From Eledone cirrhosa (lineage: Eukaryota): DNA of 64,000 nucleotides. Within the stretch, counting starts at the first letter, position 1, and the number at the start of each line of letters is the position of its first letter. Of this stretch, positions 40,394 to 53,929 are shown one piece after another. The stretch spans positions 89,218,001 through 89,282,000 of the forward strand of contig OZ024747.1 of NCBI GenBank assembly GCA_964016885.1, in the 5' to 3' direction. The notes under the pieces are model-generated. The model saw only the letters and a list, made by a program, of their open reading frames with translations. It was not told the origin of the DNA and ran no database searches. Both the position numbers and the translations under genes were made by a program.

Positions 40394-40662
40394 TTAAAGT
40401 TAGAACTGACAGAGGTCCAGCAACAATAACAGAAGGGGAAGGGGATTTAATGAAGAAACAACTGATCCCTATCAGCATATAAACTAATGCTGCTGCCGCT
40501 GCCGTTGCCGCCGCCGCTGATGATGATGATGATGATGATGATGGAAAATAGGAGTGAGAGGATGATGATGAGAATAAAATTGGTGACTTATTTTATTGGC
40601 TCAGGGCTACAAATTTATGAGTGGGTGATGATCTACAAACATACATGCATGCAAACACACGT

Positions 40663-40693
<31 letters not shown>

Positions 40694-40862
40694 TACATAC
40701 ACACAAGCTTACAAACACACTCATTAATACACAAACATACACACTTATACACAAACACACCACACACAGACACAAGCACACACAAACACACACATACTCA
40801 CACACATACACAAGCACACATACACACACTCAGACATACACACACTCACACAGATTTATATA

Positions 40863-40963
40863 CAGGGTGTCCCTCAAAAATGTATACACATTTTGATTAC
40901 CTGTACAGGCAATATTTATTAGAAAGCTGTTGAAGTGTGTATACATTTATTTGGAACACCCTG
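40863..40963. mobile_element. Tc1/mariner-like MITE (second copy 57911-57990)
   Basis: TA flanks; imperfect ~28-bp TIRs beginning CAGGGTGT. Confidence 0.8.
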
Positions 40964-41029
40964 TATATATATTGGCTATGTGTCTATAGGTGTAGTGTTG
41001 GCTATGTGTCCAGGTGTAGTGTTGGCGAA

Positions 41030-41146
41030 TCTCCATGCTTCCTGAGATTCGCCAACACTACACCTAATGTTCGCCCTCCATACACATACACACATGTATA
41101 TCATGACTCATACACTATTCACTTCCCTGAAATTTGTATATTATTC
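41030..41146 (+). mobile_element. LINE-tail-like repeat with (TTA)n end, split by the RTE; remainder at 43418-43492, intact copy 45860-46078, tails at 4728-4772 and 32983-33080(-)
   Basis: Joining 41030-41146 to 43421-43492 reproduces the uninterrupted copy at 45878-46078. Confidence 0.75.
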
Positions 41147-43417
41147 AGGGTACATTACATAGAGACCAAGAGGGAAGCTAGGCGACAAGTATACTTAGCT
41201 AGGAGGGAAGCAGAGGATAGAAAATTCAAGCATGTTTTGCAACGTGAGGACCAGAAACAGGAGGTATTCAAGATTGCGAGGCAGTGTGTCAGAGATAGTT
41301 GTGATGTCATTGGAGAGAAGTGTATCCGGAATGATAAAGGTGAGCTTGCCCTCACAAGTGCTGAGAAGAAAGATGCATGGAAGAGTCATTATGATAGATT
41401 ACTAAATGAGGAGAATGCATGGGAAGAAGAGACCCTACCACAAGTAGACCCTATAGAGGGGCCAGCAGTACAAGTCAGCAGCAACGTAGTAAGTAAGACA
41501 ATAAAAGATATGAAGATGGGGAAGGCAACCGGTCTATCGGGTATAGCTGCCGAGATGCTGAAGGCATCTAGGTCTGTAGGTCACACTATAACCACACGTA
41601 TTGTTAACCAGGTAATACTAGAAGGTGTCATACCAAAAGATTGGTGCAGTAGCATCATTGTCAACTGCTACAAAGGTAAAGGCGATGCACTAGATAGAGG
41701 AAACTATAGAGGTATAAAGTTGATGGACCAGGTCATGAAAGTAACAGAAAGAGTTATAGCACAGTTGATTAGGGACCGGGTGAAAATAGACGAGATGCAA
41801 TTTGGGTTTGTACCAGGAAGAGGCACCACTGATGCCCTCTTCCTTGTGAGGCAGTTACAGGAAAAGTACCTAGCTAAAAGTAAGCCACTCTATTTGGCAT
41901 TTGTCGACCTTGAGAAAGCCTTTGACAGAGTTCCACGTGCTGTAATCTGGTGGGCTCTTAGAAAACTAGGAGTAGATGAATGACTTGTGAAAGCAGTACA
42001 AGCCATGTATAGGGGAGCAGTCAGCAAAGTTAGGATTAGCAATGAGTATAGCGAGGAATTTAGCGCACAGGTTGGGGTCCACCAGGGCTCTGTTCTTAGC
42101 CCCCTCCTGTTCATCATAGTCCTGCAGGCAATAACGGAGGAGTTTAAGACCGGATGACCATGGGAACTCCTGTATGCTGATGACCTTGCACTCATAGCTG
42201 AATCTATGGTAGAACTAGAGAATAAATTCCAAACTTGGAAGCAGGGACTAGAAAGAAAGGGTCTCAAAGTCAACATGACAAAGACTAAGGTCCTTGTAAG
42301 TAGACGAGAAAACAGAACCCAGATCCCCTCAGGGAAATGGCCTTGCTCAGTATGTAGGAAAGGTGTAGGTAGGAACTCCATTCTCTGCCCCAAATGCAAA
42401 CAATGGGTAAACAAGAGATGTAGCGGGATCTCAGGAAGCTTAATTAAGAATGTAGGCTTCACATGCAGCAGCTGTGCTGAGACAGCAAGCAGCAAACAGC
42501 CACAGGAAACAAGTACCACCAATCTCTGGGAGGGCTCTGTAGAAAGAGTAGACAGCTTCTGCTACCTAGGTGACCGAATTAGCAGCGGAGGTGGGTGTTC
42601 AGAAAGTACAATAACTAGGGTAAGAACGGGATGGAAGAAGTTTAGGGAACTACTACCACTGCTAGCTGCAAAAGGCTTCTCCCTCAGAATGAAAGGCAGA
42701 CTGTATGATGCGTGTATCCGAACAGCAATGTTGCATGGTAGTGAGACCTGGGCGCTGAAGGTGGAAGACTTACGTAGATTAGAGAGAAACGAAGCCTGCA
42801 TGCTCCGATGGATGTGTAACAGTAATATACGTGAACGACATAAGAGACTGAGCATAAGAGGAATCAAATGCTGTGTGAAGGAGAGGCGGTTGCGCTGGTA
42901 TGGACATGTGATGCGTATGAAGGATGACAGCTGCATAAAAAGGTGCAGAGCACTAGAAGTTGATGGAAACCGCAGAGTGGGGAGACCCAAGATGACCTGG
43001 GATGAGGTGATAAAAGCCGACCTTACCCAATTACACCTCTCAAAGGCAATGGCACACGACCGTGACCTCTGGCGTCACGCAGTAATACAGAGTACCCGAC
43101 CTCCCATGGGTACAAGCTGAAGCATATAGACAATATGCCCCCCACCCCCCACCGCAAGGTGGTCGTGGAGGTGCCACGGCAAAAAAGCACCCAGCCCACA
43201 CTGTAAAGTGGACGTGTAGGCGCCACGAAAAAGCACCCAGCACTCACTGTAAATGAGGTTGGTGTTAGGAAGGGCATCCAGCTGTAGAAATCAAGCCAAA
43301 TCAGTTCCTGTATGAGCAAGGCATGGTCAGCCGACCAGACACTGCCCACAACAGGACAACCTGTCTAACCCATGCTAGCGTGGAAGAACGGACGTAAAAC
43401 GGTGATGATGATGATGA
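41147..43417 (+). mobile_element. 5'-truncated RTE LINE related to 15702-19240 (RT plus PHD-like finger), with premature stops
   Basis: NYRGIKL, QFGFVPGRGTTDA, FVDLEKAFDRVP, HQGSVLSP, YADD, CSVC..CPKC..NKRC..CSSC; TGA stops at 41981 and ~42156; 3' UTR and (GAT)n tail. Confidence 0.93.
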
Positions 43418-44679
43418 TTCTATGTACTATACATGCACCTTTGACGAGTTGTAGTGCACCTGAGCACTTTACACAATAATTTCATTATTATTTTAAATAT
43501 AAGTGTGCATATTTATATTTATGAATAAATGTACTTGTTGTTGTTAATGTAGATATTAGTGTATCTCGGGGAAAACAACATGGAAATAGAACTAAGAAAT
43601 CGTTAGACTTGTTAGTATAAGATGCTATCAAACTGCTAATATGTTTATATCAATAACATCTAATTGCTGTTGTTATCTTTAACAAGCACTTCCTACTCTT
43701 TGAAGTGGCAGTCTTTGTTTTATGATAAACTTCTTTATACATTGGTTATCAGGAGATTTTAGATACCGATTGTCTACTATACTACTTTAGATGATATAAA
43801 CCATTCTTTATTCTATATCCCATATTGTTATTCGCTAGAAAAGTCAGTGGAACAGATATTGTCCATTCAGCTGGAGTAGTATTCAGTCATTTTCCTTGAT
43901 CAACAAACAAAATCAATATTTTGTTGCACCATGTCCTTGGAGGCTCTTTGATATCAGCTCAGACTATAACAAGTGAAATGAGATTATGTAGCTTAAATTC
44001 CAGGAATATTCCTGACAGCAAAAATCTTTTACATGTTTTAGGCAACTATTCACACTGAATAATATTCTTCCTATTATGATAAGCTTCTCTTATATGGTCT
44101 CATTCTTGTTCAGTTTCAGAATTTTCCATTCAGTGAAATTCTTTCTCCTCTGGAAAAGCTAACATGCTTTTACTCAAAGCGACAAAATGATTTTGTATTA
44201 ACACTTTACATTTAGTGTGAGATAAAACCATATTTTTTAAAAATTGCTAATTGGATGATTTATCCAAAGATCTTTAGCTTTTTCTCTTAAGGCCATCTCT
44301 TCTTTTCATTATCAAGATTAGTTTAACACAAAAAAAAAAAAAAATTAATATGGTTTATTTTCTCAAAACTCATTTTCTTGTTTCCCTCCAATGATTCAGA
44401 TTGATTGCTTTAGTTAGACATTTTTATTCTTAATATTCTCAATATCATCTCTTGCTGCTGTTCTTCTTTATATTATATTTTGTTTATGAAAATGTTCATG
44501 CATTTCATTCCTATTTGTACAATTAACAAGATAATTTCCCTCAATTATCATTGTATTAATTTTAGACCTTTCTTTACCAACTTTTCCTCTACAGAGAACA
44601 CGTATTCAAATTTCAATTATTTTGTATTTTATTTACTTTTTAATATAGCACAGATTATTTATGAAAGAAACACCTTTAC

Positions 44680-45035
44680 TATCTCACTCTCTCATACACA
44701 CATTTTCTCACACACATACTCACACTCTCTCACACACATTTTCACACACACACTCTCACATATACATTCTCACATAGACACTCTCACACACACACACTCT
44801 CACACACACACTCACACACACTCAAACACACACTCTCTCTCTCACACACACACACACATACACACTCTCACACACACGCACTCAAACACACACTCTCTCA
44901 CACACACACACACTCACACACACACACACTCAAACACACTCTCTCTCACACACACACACTCTCACACACACTCTCACACACACACACACTCTCTCATACA
45001 CACTCTCACCTACTCACACTCTCTTTCTTTCACAC
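44680..45035. repeat. (CA/CT)n compound microsatellite
   Basis: Directly visible. Confidence 0.9.
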
Positions 45036-47146
45036 TTTTCAATTAGTTCATTAAAAACCTTGGCTCCTGACTTGATTTTTGATTTTTTTAATTAACTGTC
45101 TTTTAATTAATTATAGCCTTGTAGTTTTCCATAACTTATTTTAAACATAGTTCTCTATCAAATGTAAATGTGTTAAAAGGTATGTAACCCCTTAAAAGTG
45201 ACATACGTTGAAGTAGGTATCCGCCATCATTAGTTGTTATCTGTTAACAAGTGTTTCACCCTTTCCTGACTGTGTTTCTAATGAAATACACACTATTTCA
45301 ATTAATTAATGAAGAACTTTGAAGGATTTACTAAAATTGTTTATTATTTCATTACCAAAATAATAATTTAACCCTTTAGCATTTAGAATACTCAATATTT
45401 ACTATTATATTTTCACGGTAAAGGCTTTACCTCACATGAATACCTCACATAATGTTGAATCTATGAGATTTTGATATTATTTATTTTGAGAACAATACCT
45501 TAACATTAGTATGAGTGGCCTGTTACAGCTGGTTTGAACAGAAAGTGGTAAGAGAATTCCTGCCGGATATGGCCGGTTTAAATGCTAAAGGGTTAACATG
45601 TGATTCTTATATATCTTATTGGGAGATTTTAATTTAAATAGGAGGAACCCTTTAAATGAGTGCTTTTGTTTCATAGAACCAGAACAGGTTTTGCCCCAAA
45701 TCATGTCTTGCTTATATGGCTCTGTATTTGGGGCTGGTTTCTACGTTGGATACTCTTCCTAACACCAGCCACATTACAGTATGGACTGGGTGCTTTTTGT
45801 CGAGTCACTGGCACAACCACCTTACAGTGTTGACTGGGAACTTTATATATCTACTCACACACACATGTCCTTTAAAACCTCCATGCTTCCTGAAATTTGC
45901 CAACACTACACCTGATATCCCCCACTCCATACACACGCATACATGTATATCATGACTCACTTTCCTGACATTTGTACATTTTTCTATGTACTATACTGCA
46001 CCTTTGATGAGTTGTAGTGCACCTTTGATGAGTTGTAGTGCATCTGAGCACTGTACACAATAATTTTATCATTATTATTGGTGATTGGCAGTATCGGTAG
46101 AGTGTCAGATGCCATGCTTTATAGCAAAGAATTACGGCCCTTTATGGTCTGAGTTCAAATCCCGCTTAACTTTGCCTTTCATCCTTTCATCCTTATGGGG
46201 TCGATAAAATAAAGTACCAGTAATACACTGGGATAATTGGTGGCCTTGTGCCAAAAGTAGAAACAATTATTATTATTATTATATATATGTATGAGTGTGT
46301 GTGTGTGCATGTATGTGTGACAATGTTTGTATATTTGTATGTATGTGTGTAAATATGTATGTATATATGAATAGGAGAGATGACCCCTTAGCCTTTGTCA
46401 AGGCAGAATTCTAGGAGAAGGAAAACTCTGATATAACACCTGCAACCTTGATGGTATCCAATGATGTTGACTTGTTCTTCTTTTTGGTAAATATCATCTT
46501 GGTTAAGAGAGTAGGACTGGCTTTGTGCCGTGCCTTTGCTCACTATAAAAGCTTCACGGCACAGGCATTGCTTTATATCTAGAGATCTCTCTGCACTTGT
46601 CGTCACATGGTACCATGGGCCCAGCACTATGTGTCAGTAATTGTCACAAGTGTAGTGTTTGTACCAGAGTTTTCAAGTCGCTGGCTGGACTAAAAAGTCA
46701 CACTCGTTCAGCGCATCAGTAGGGGTCCTCTTACATGGATATAAAGTAGTGGCCGTACTCGAAAACGAGTTGGCAGCCACCATATATGAATAACATTCTG
46801 ACATTAAAATGCAGAAACAGTGAGACATTCTGGAGAATATGGTTTTTGAATAAGAATTAAGTGGTTACATATTTAGAACCTTCTATTTGGCTATATCATT
46901 AAGCTTTTTTTTTTCTAATTATAATCCTTCCCTCTCAAACACAATCTTAATTTTTAAAAGACTAATTGCAGCCATATAAGCACACACACACACACACACA
47001 CACACACCACACACACACACACACACCACACACACACACACAGATACATGCATAATACATACATATGTACACACACACACACACACACAGATATATATTT
47101 GTATTTGTTTTGCAATATCTATCTATCTATATATATATATATATAG

Positions 47147-48222
47147 GAACACGTATGACGCCGACGGCAGAGCTCAAGCCGTTTCGATGGCTAATTCTGG
47201 ACTAAATAAGAATTTTTAGCCTGGTAAATAAATAGCTGAACTTCTCAGAAGGTAATTCCATATATGGGAAGATAGTAATTGTCAAAAGGATTAGTAAAAA
47301 ATTTGTTGCAAAGACAGATGATTCTATCATGGCATTTAGTGGGAGGTAGGGGTAGCTGAACTTGCCGGTAGAACAAAGAGGGAGTGGGGGAAACCCAGTC
47401 AAGCGTTGAAAGTGAAATCTATACAGCAGATTCTAAGGATAGTGTATAGAAGGTCGAAATAAGTGTACTGGAGAAGGGGAGGGGGGGGGGGGGTTTGAAA
47501 AAATAGGTAAATCGAAAGGGAGTAAACAAAAAAGCCATTATCTGGGGTCTAACACATCTGCTATAAAAAGCGTAATCGGCCAATTCTATCTTAAAATTAG
47601 GGGGGTGCTGAGGCTACAGAGGACTGATGGGCTGCCTCAAGGTGGGCGAAAAGGTGAAAAAAAAAAAGATGACAAGGAAGGAGATCTGGGGTGGAAGGAC
47701 TAGGAAGAGATGGGGGGAAGAAGGAAATATAGGGGAAAGATAAAAAAAATATAAAAAAGTTACGTCTACTTTTGTAAGCAGTGGTTTCCCCTTACAAAGT
47801 TTTCAAGTGGGGTGTTTCAGCTCTTGTCTACCCTCCCCCCGGGTCATTATGGGGTTGAGGGTGAGGTAAGTCCTACGCAATCTGTGTTTGCATGCAGTTA
47901 CCAGTTCGTCTTTCTTGTTTAGGAGTTGGTCCTTCGAAAACAGTATTTGTAATGTTTCCTCCGAGCATAAGTTACACGGATGGCATCCTCCCGTGTAAGA
48001 GTTAGCTCTGGACAGTAAGCTCCAACTGAGATTGTAGGTTATATTATTATCTTTGAGGTCCCAGATGTGGCCCGAAAGTGTAGTGGCGTGACGCCGGGCC
48101 GGGTTTTGGAAAGTATGTCTGTGTAGGTAGAGCTGGGTCTTGAAGTCAGATTGCGTAGGACTTACCTCGCCCTCAACCCCCATAATGACCCGGGGGGGGG
48201 GGGGATAGACAAGGGTAGACAT
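47147..48222 (-). mobile_element. 5'-truncated Penelope-like element: GIY-YIG endonuclease C-terminus, 3' region and an inverted terminal segment
   Basis: FKTQLYLHRHTF..TTLSGHIWDLKDNNITYNLSWSLL..CNLCSEE..LLNKKDELVTACKHR matches the PLE endonuclease tail; 48147-48221 is an inverted copy of 47823-47884; ends at (TA)n. Confidence 0.85.
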
Positions 48223-49734
48223 GTATTTGTTTTATTTTGCATTCCACATTATTTCTTGTTCCAAAACTATTCTGGTAATCTATCTTAGTTAAACCTAAGA
48301 TCTAATGACCCTAACAACAACACGTAAGTATCACCAATGCAATAGTAGACACAAAAAAATCTATTTCAGCAGTGAATAATGATATATACATTTTATTCTA
48401 CCCAGCAATTGACTGAAGAAGATCTTGTTTTATAAACTGTAGGAAATAAAACAAGAAAAACTCACAAAACACCACAAAAAAAAAATGCACATATACCCCT
48501 CAAAAAAAAAATCAAATCAATCCAATTAATTCCCTTCCTCACCTCCTCCTATCTCTCAGAAGAAACATTTCTGAATATTAGAATGGTCATCATGAAGAAC
48601 TCTATCCCTAATCTTGACAAGAGAAATTCAATATGTCTGCTGTAGTCTATATAATACATTTATTTTAAGGAAAGTATATAACCACTATCAGTTCGACTGC
48701 AGGGTTAATGTTTCTTAGAGATTCACAAAACAATTGTACAAACAATTTTACAGAAACACACATATTTTGCTTCATATCAAGTAACCCCGATAATCATATT
48801 TATTCTTATTGCTTACTCACACTTCTCCTCCATTGCTAAATTTTAAATTTTATTCATTTTTCAGCTCTCTTTCTTTACATCCTTTTTTCTCATTACTAGG
48901 ATTTTTTCAACACGCTGCCACGTATGTGTATATATCTGTGTAAGTGCATATGCATACATTTATATGTATGAGTATATAAATATAAATGCACAAACACAGA
49001 GACACTTACAAAATATACACTCACATACATACATTCACACAAACACACACATACACACACACTCACACACAGCATAGCAAATGGAACACCAGCCACTGTT
49101 TTGCTATAATGTTTTCACCATCCCCTTCCTTCCTTTTACAAACGCATACATTCACATAAACAGACATACACACACATTGTGTGACGGATGGACGGAAGTC
49201 ACTCAAATTTATATATAGATACTCTTCTACTCTCTCTCCCACATATTTTCTCTTTCTATCTTTCCTGTCCTCTACCTGTCTTATGTTTATTATTATGGAT
49301 TGGCAGTATTGGTAGAGGGTTGGACACCATACTTTGACGCATAGAGTTACGGCCCTTGCCATTCTGAGTTCAAATCCCGTACTGAGTTCAAATTAAGTAC
49401 TGAGGTTGATTTAACCCTTTAGCATTTACATTACTCTATATTTACTATTGTATTTTCACAGTAAAGGCTTTAGCCCATATAATATCTCACATAATATATT
49501 AAATTTTGATATTATTTATTTTCAGAACAATACCTTAACATCAGTATGAGTGGCCGGTTACAACCAGTTTGAGCAGAAAAAGGTGAGAGAATTCTGGCCG
49601 GATATAGCTTGGTTTAAATACTGAAGGGTTAATTACCCCTTGCCACCACCGCAACTACCACCACCGCCACCCCAACTGCTGACCTTGTGCTTAAAATTAG
49701 AAACCAACCAATATTTCACTGTCCTGTCTTGAAT

Positions 49735-50433
49735 CTCTCTCTTTACAACCCCCCCTCTCTCTCTCTTTTCAATCCCCCCTCTCTCTCTTTCCAATCCTCC
49801 CCCTCTCACTCTTTCCAATTCTCCCTCTCTCTCTCATTCCAATCCTCTCCCCTCTCTCCATTTCCAATCCTCCCCCTCTCTCTCTTTCCAATCCCCCACC
49901 CCCTCTCTCTTTCCAATCCCCCCTCTCTCTCTTTCCAATCCTCCCCCTCTCTCTCTTTCCAAACCCCACCTCTCTCTTTCCTATCCCCCCTCTCTCTTTA
50001 CAATCCTCCCCCTTTCTCTCCCCTTTCGTATCTTTCTCTTCTTTCCTTTTCTACTCTTAATCTCTCCTCCTCTCTCTTACACACACACTCTCTCTCTCTC
50101 CTTCTCTTTTTCTCACTCCTCCTCTCTCTTACTCTCTATATTTCTCACCTCCTCCCCCTTACTCTTTCTCTCATACACTCTCTCTCACATAACCTCTCTC
50201 ACTCTTTATGTCTTGAGTCTCTATTCATTTGTCTCTTTCTGTCCTCTCCTATAACTTTCTCTCTCTCTCCCTTCTATCTCTCAATCTCTTTCAGTCTCTA
50301 TTTTACTCTCTCTCTTTCTCACTCCCCCTCTCTCTTTTACTCACTCCCCCTCTCTCTCTTACTCCCCCCCCTCGCTCTCACACACACTATGTTTTGAGTG
50401 TTTATTCATTTGTCTCTTTCAGTCCTCCCCTAC

Positions 50434-50474
<41 letters not shown>

Positions 50475-50870
50475 ATCTTTCTGTCCTTCCCTATAACTCT
50501 CTATCTCTCTTCCTCTCTCTCTCCTCCCCTACAACTCTCTCTCTTTCTCTCCTCCCCTATAACTCTATTTCTCTTCCTCTGTCTTTCCTTCTGTCTTCCC
50601 CTATAATTCTCTCTCTTTCTCTCTCCTTCTCTCTCTTTCTCCCTCCTCTCTCTCTCTCTTCCTCTCCTCCCCTACAACTCTCTCTCTCTCTCTTTCTGCC
50701 TTCCCTATAACTATCTCTCTTCCTCTCTCTTTCCTTCTGTCTTCCCCTATAACTCTCTCTCTTTCTCTCCTTCTCTCTCCCCCCTCTCTCTCTTCTCTCC
50801 TCTTTCTGTCTTCCCCTATCCTTCTCTCTGTATATTTCTTTTTCTATTATTTTTCTCCTTTTCTTACTTT
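49735..50870. repeat. (CT)-rich tract with tttccaatcctcccc and ccctataactctct subrepeats
   Basis: Directly visible. Confidence 0.88.
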
Positions 50871-52444
50871 TCTTCCCTGCATATTTCCATTTATAACCCT
50901 CCAAGTCACAGCATTTCCAACATTTTTTCCCCTTTCAAATCTTCAAAGATATCATATCTCTTTTATTTACTTGTTTATTTATCTATTCGATTATTTTTTG
51001 ATAATTTACATATCAGAATTCATCCTAGAGGCTTCTATAATAGTTGTTTACAATAATCTTTGAATAATCTCACTGCTTCAATTTAACTCTTTAATTTATA
51101 TCACTGAAACCTTTGGCTAATTTAAAATATTTCAACTTGATATCAACTAAGCTAAAGAACAATGGCTCCTATGCTTTCTAAAAATTTAACATTTCTATTC
51201 ATTGCAAAAGAAAACAATACAAAAAACACATTAAAAAACAATAACAATGAACAGATAATCATTTTTTTAGTGTGGGGAAGAAGGGGGAGCAATTATATTC
51301 AAACATAATATTTCTGAGGAAAATTTGTTTATGATCTATAGTTTACTAGTATCATTTCTCTCAAATGTTTTATTCAATATGTTTAAATATTCACATATTA
51401 AATTATAAAAATTATGACTGAACAGATTACAATTATGGAGCAGTGTATATTTTTCTCTTAAGCAATCACTAATTATCCACTCAGCATGATATGAAATGCA
51501 ATAGATATATCAAATCTTTATGAAGATATTCTATATCATAGGAAACATAACATAAATAATGTATTGTATATGATATGAATAATACAACAGTCTGGTTCAC
51601 ATTTGTTTTATAGAACATTAGAAATTGGGTAAGTGGTTTTGTTTGTATGGTGAACGGGTGTATGTAACAAGCAAAATGGAAGGTCTAGAGGCATACATCT
51701 GATGTATACAGTTAAAATTTTGTTTGCATACAACAATATATCAGAAAATGCTAGATGTATTTATTTAATAATCTACTGGAAGGTCTAACTAAATACATAT
51801 AGCAATGCTAAAGAATCTTGGAATTTATGTAACTGGATTGAGGCAAATGAAGATAGATGGCATAGTGGTGAGCCAGCTGTGTTTATGATCATAAAGTTGT
51901 GAGTTCTGTTACTGAACCAGGCAGTGGATTGTGTCCTTGAGCAAAACTTTTTATTCCATGTCACATTAGTTCACTTAACTGGCAAAAATAAGTAGTATCT
52001 GATATTTAACCCTTTAATGTTCAAACCGGCCAGAATTCTCTACCCCTTTCTGTTGAAACTGGCTGTAACTGGTCGCTCAAACTGATGTTAAGGTAATTTT
52101 TTCAAAATAAATACTTTCAAAATCTCATAGATTCGATATTATGTGAGATAATTTACTGTGAAAATATAATGGTAAATATAGAGTAATGTAAATGCTAAAG
52201 GGTTAAAGGTGCATGTGACTGAATACTCAGCCACTTACATATAGCACACTAAATGTGGTTTCTCTATAACTAAACTTTACTAGATGCAAATATTATACAA
52301 TATATTATACTGTGATCTCTCAATTCAGAGAAGTAGTGGCTCTACCTGGAGGGACTTGGAGATCAGAGGAGATCAGAGAGTTACTCCAGGTAGATATATC
52401 TACTAAATCTATTTAATAGATATAATTACTCTATAACTGGAAGG

Positions 52445-52685
52445 TTATAAAATAATCACATTAACATATATATGATATGATATCACTGTCACACCCACAA
52501 TACAGAACAAAGCTGCTACTATGAGGTCCCTAGACCTGCTAGAGATAGTAACCAAATTCCTTCAAAATTATAAAATAATCACATTAACAAATACAATATG
52601 ATATCACTGTCACACTCACTATATAGAACAAAGGTGCTACTATGAGGTCCTTAAACCTGCTAAAAATAGCAACCAAATCTCTTTG
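52445..52685. repeat. Tandem duplication of ~123 bp
   Basis: ttataaaataatcacattaaca..gatatcactgtcacac..tgctactatgaggtcc occurs twice. Confidence 0.85.
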
Positions 52686-53929
52686 AAATTGCACCCCTAC
52701 TGTCTTAAAAGAAAGGAAGAACACATTACACAATATAGTCCCATGTTGATTACAGATGAAGTGCTCTTGGTGATAGGGTTACTCATTAGAAGCTGACCTA
52801 GAACTATACATCAACAAAATACATAACAACTAACTAGTAGGTTTGAAGTTATAAAACAATTAATATAAATAGCTGTGGCCCTATGTAATTAACTGGAATA
52901 ATATGTGGCAATTAATGTTATAAATAAATAAACATAAACTGAGTGAGTGTAATGAGGATACACAATCCGGCTCATCCTTCTCCTCAAACCCTTCCTCCCC
53001 TACCCCTCCTCCTCCTCATCATCATCATCATCATCATCATCATCAGGGTTCCCTGATAGCAAAGGTTGGATAAGTTATCAAGGACACTGACCCCTCAAAT
53101 GACCCAGGTTGAATCTCATTTATGTATATTTTGACATTTTACAGTTTATTAGGTGTATTTTATCATGACACCAGTCAAGAGAGGTTATCATGCCATTGAC
53201 ACAACTAAAGAGTCTTCTTGATCTTTTGTTTTGCAAGTTTTTGTTATGGTTGGATGATCTTCCTATCAACAACGACTTTACAGAATGTATTGGTCCAATT
53301 TATTATGTCACCAACATTAAAGAGGTTGTTATGACCTTGATATGGCTGAAAAGCCTGGCTGACTCTTCATTTGACAAGTTTTCAATCTACTGCATATATA
53401 GGTTAAATGGAGGTAGTTAAGTTTGCTTCACAATCATGACTACCTAGTTTCAAACCCACTGTGTGGTATCATGGGCAGCAAGTATTTTTTTTTACAATAG
53501 AATTAATTGGACTTAAGCTTTGTGAGTGGAACTGTGTCAACAGAAACTGTTTGAAAGCTTGTCAGATAGACTGTGTATATACATAGATTCAGCCTTGTCA
53601 TACAATGTCTTTCAAGCCTATCAGATGGACTGTGACTATAATTCAAAGGTCCAGTTGTAATGGAAGATGTATAAATGCAGTGACCTCTCTTGACCTAATA
53701 GAGAGCATGTGCATTCTCAGTCATGATGGATGCCATTTTGTTTTGGTGATGTTTTATCACTGATTTCAGACTTATTTTAGACTAAAATTGGAAAAATAGT
53801 TTCTTTGAATCAGGTAACTAGCTGGTCATTCATGTCACCAGCCTTGTCATATAAAGGTCTTACCTTATCATACAATATGTCTAAAGCCTGTCTAATGGAC
53901 TATATTTATAATTCAAAAGTCCAGTGTTG

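Noticed and set aside
47153-47250. Complete hammerhead in the Penelope 3' region
   Set aside because: GAAA, stem III and UC are present, but the nearby CUGAGAA is non-canonical and lacks a stem I partner.
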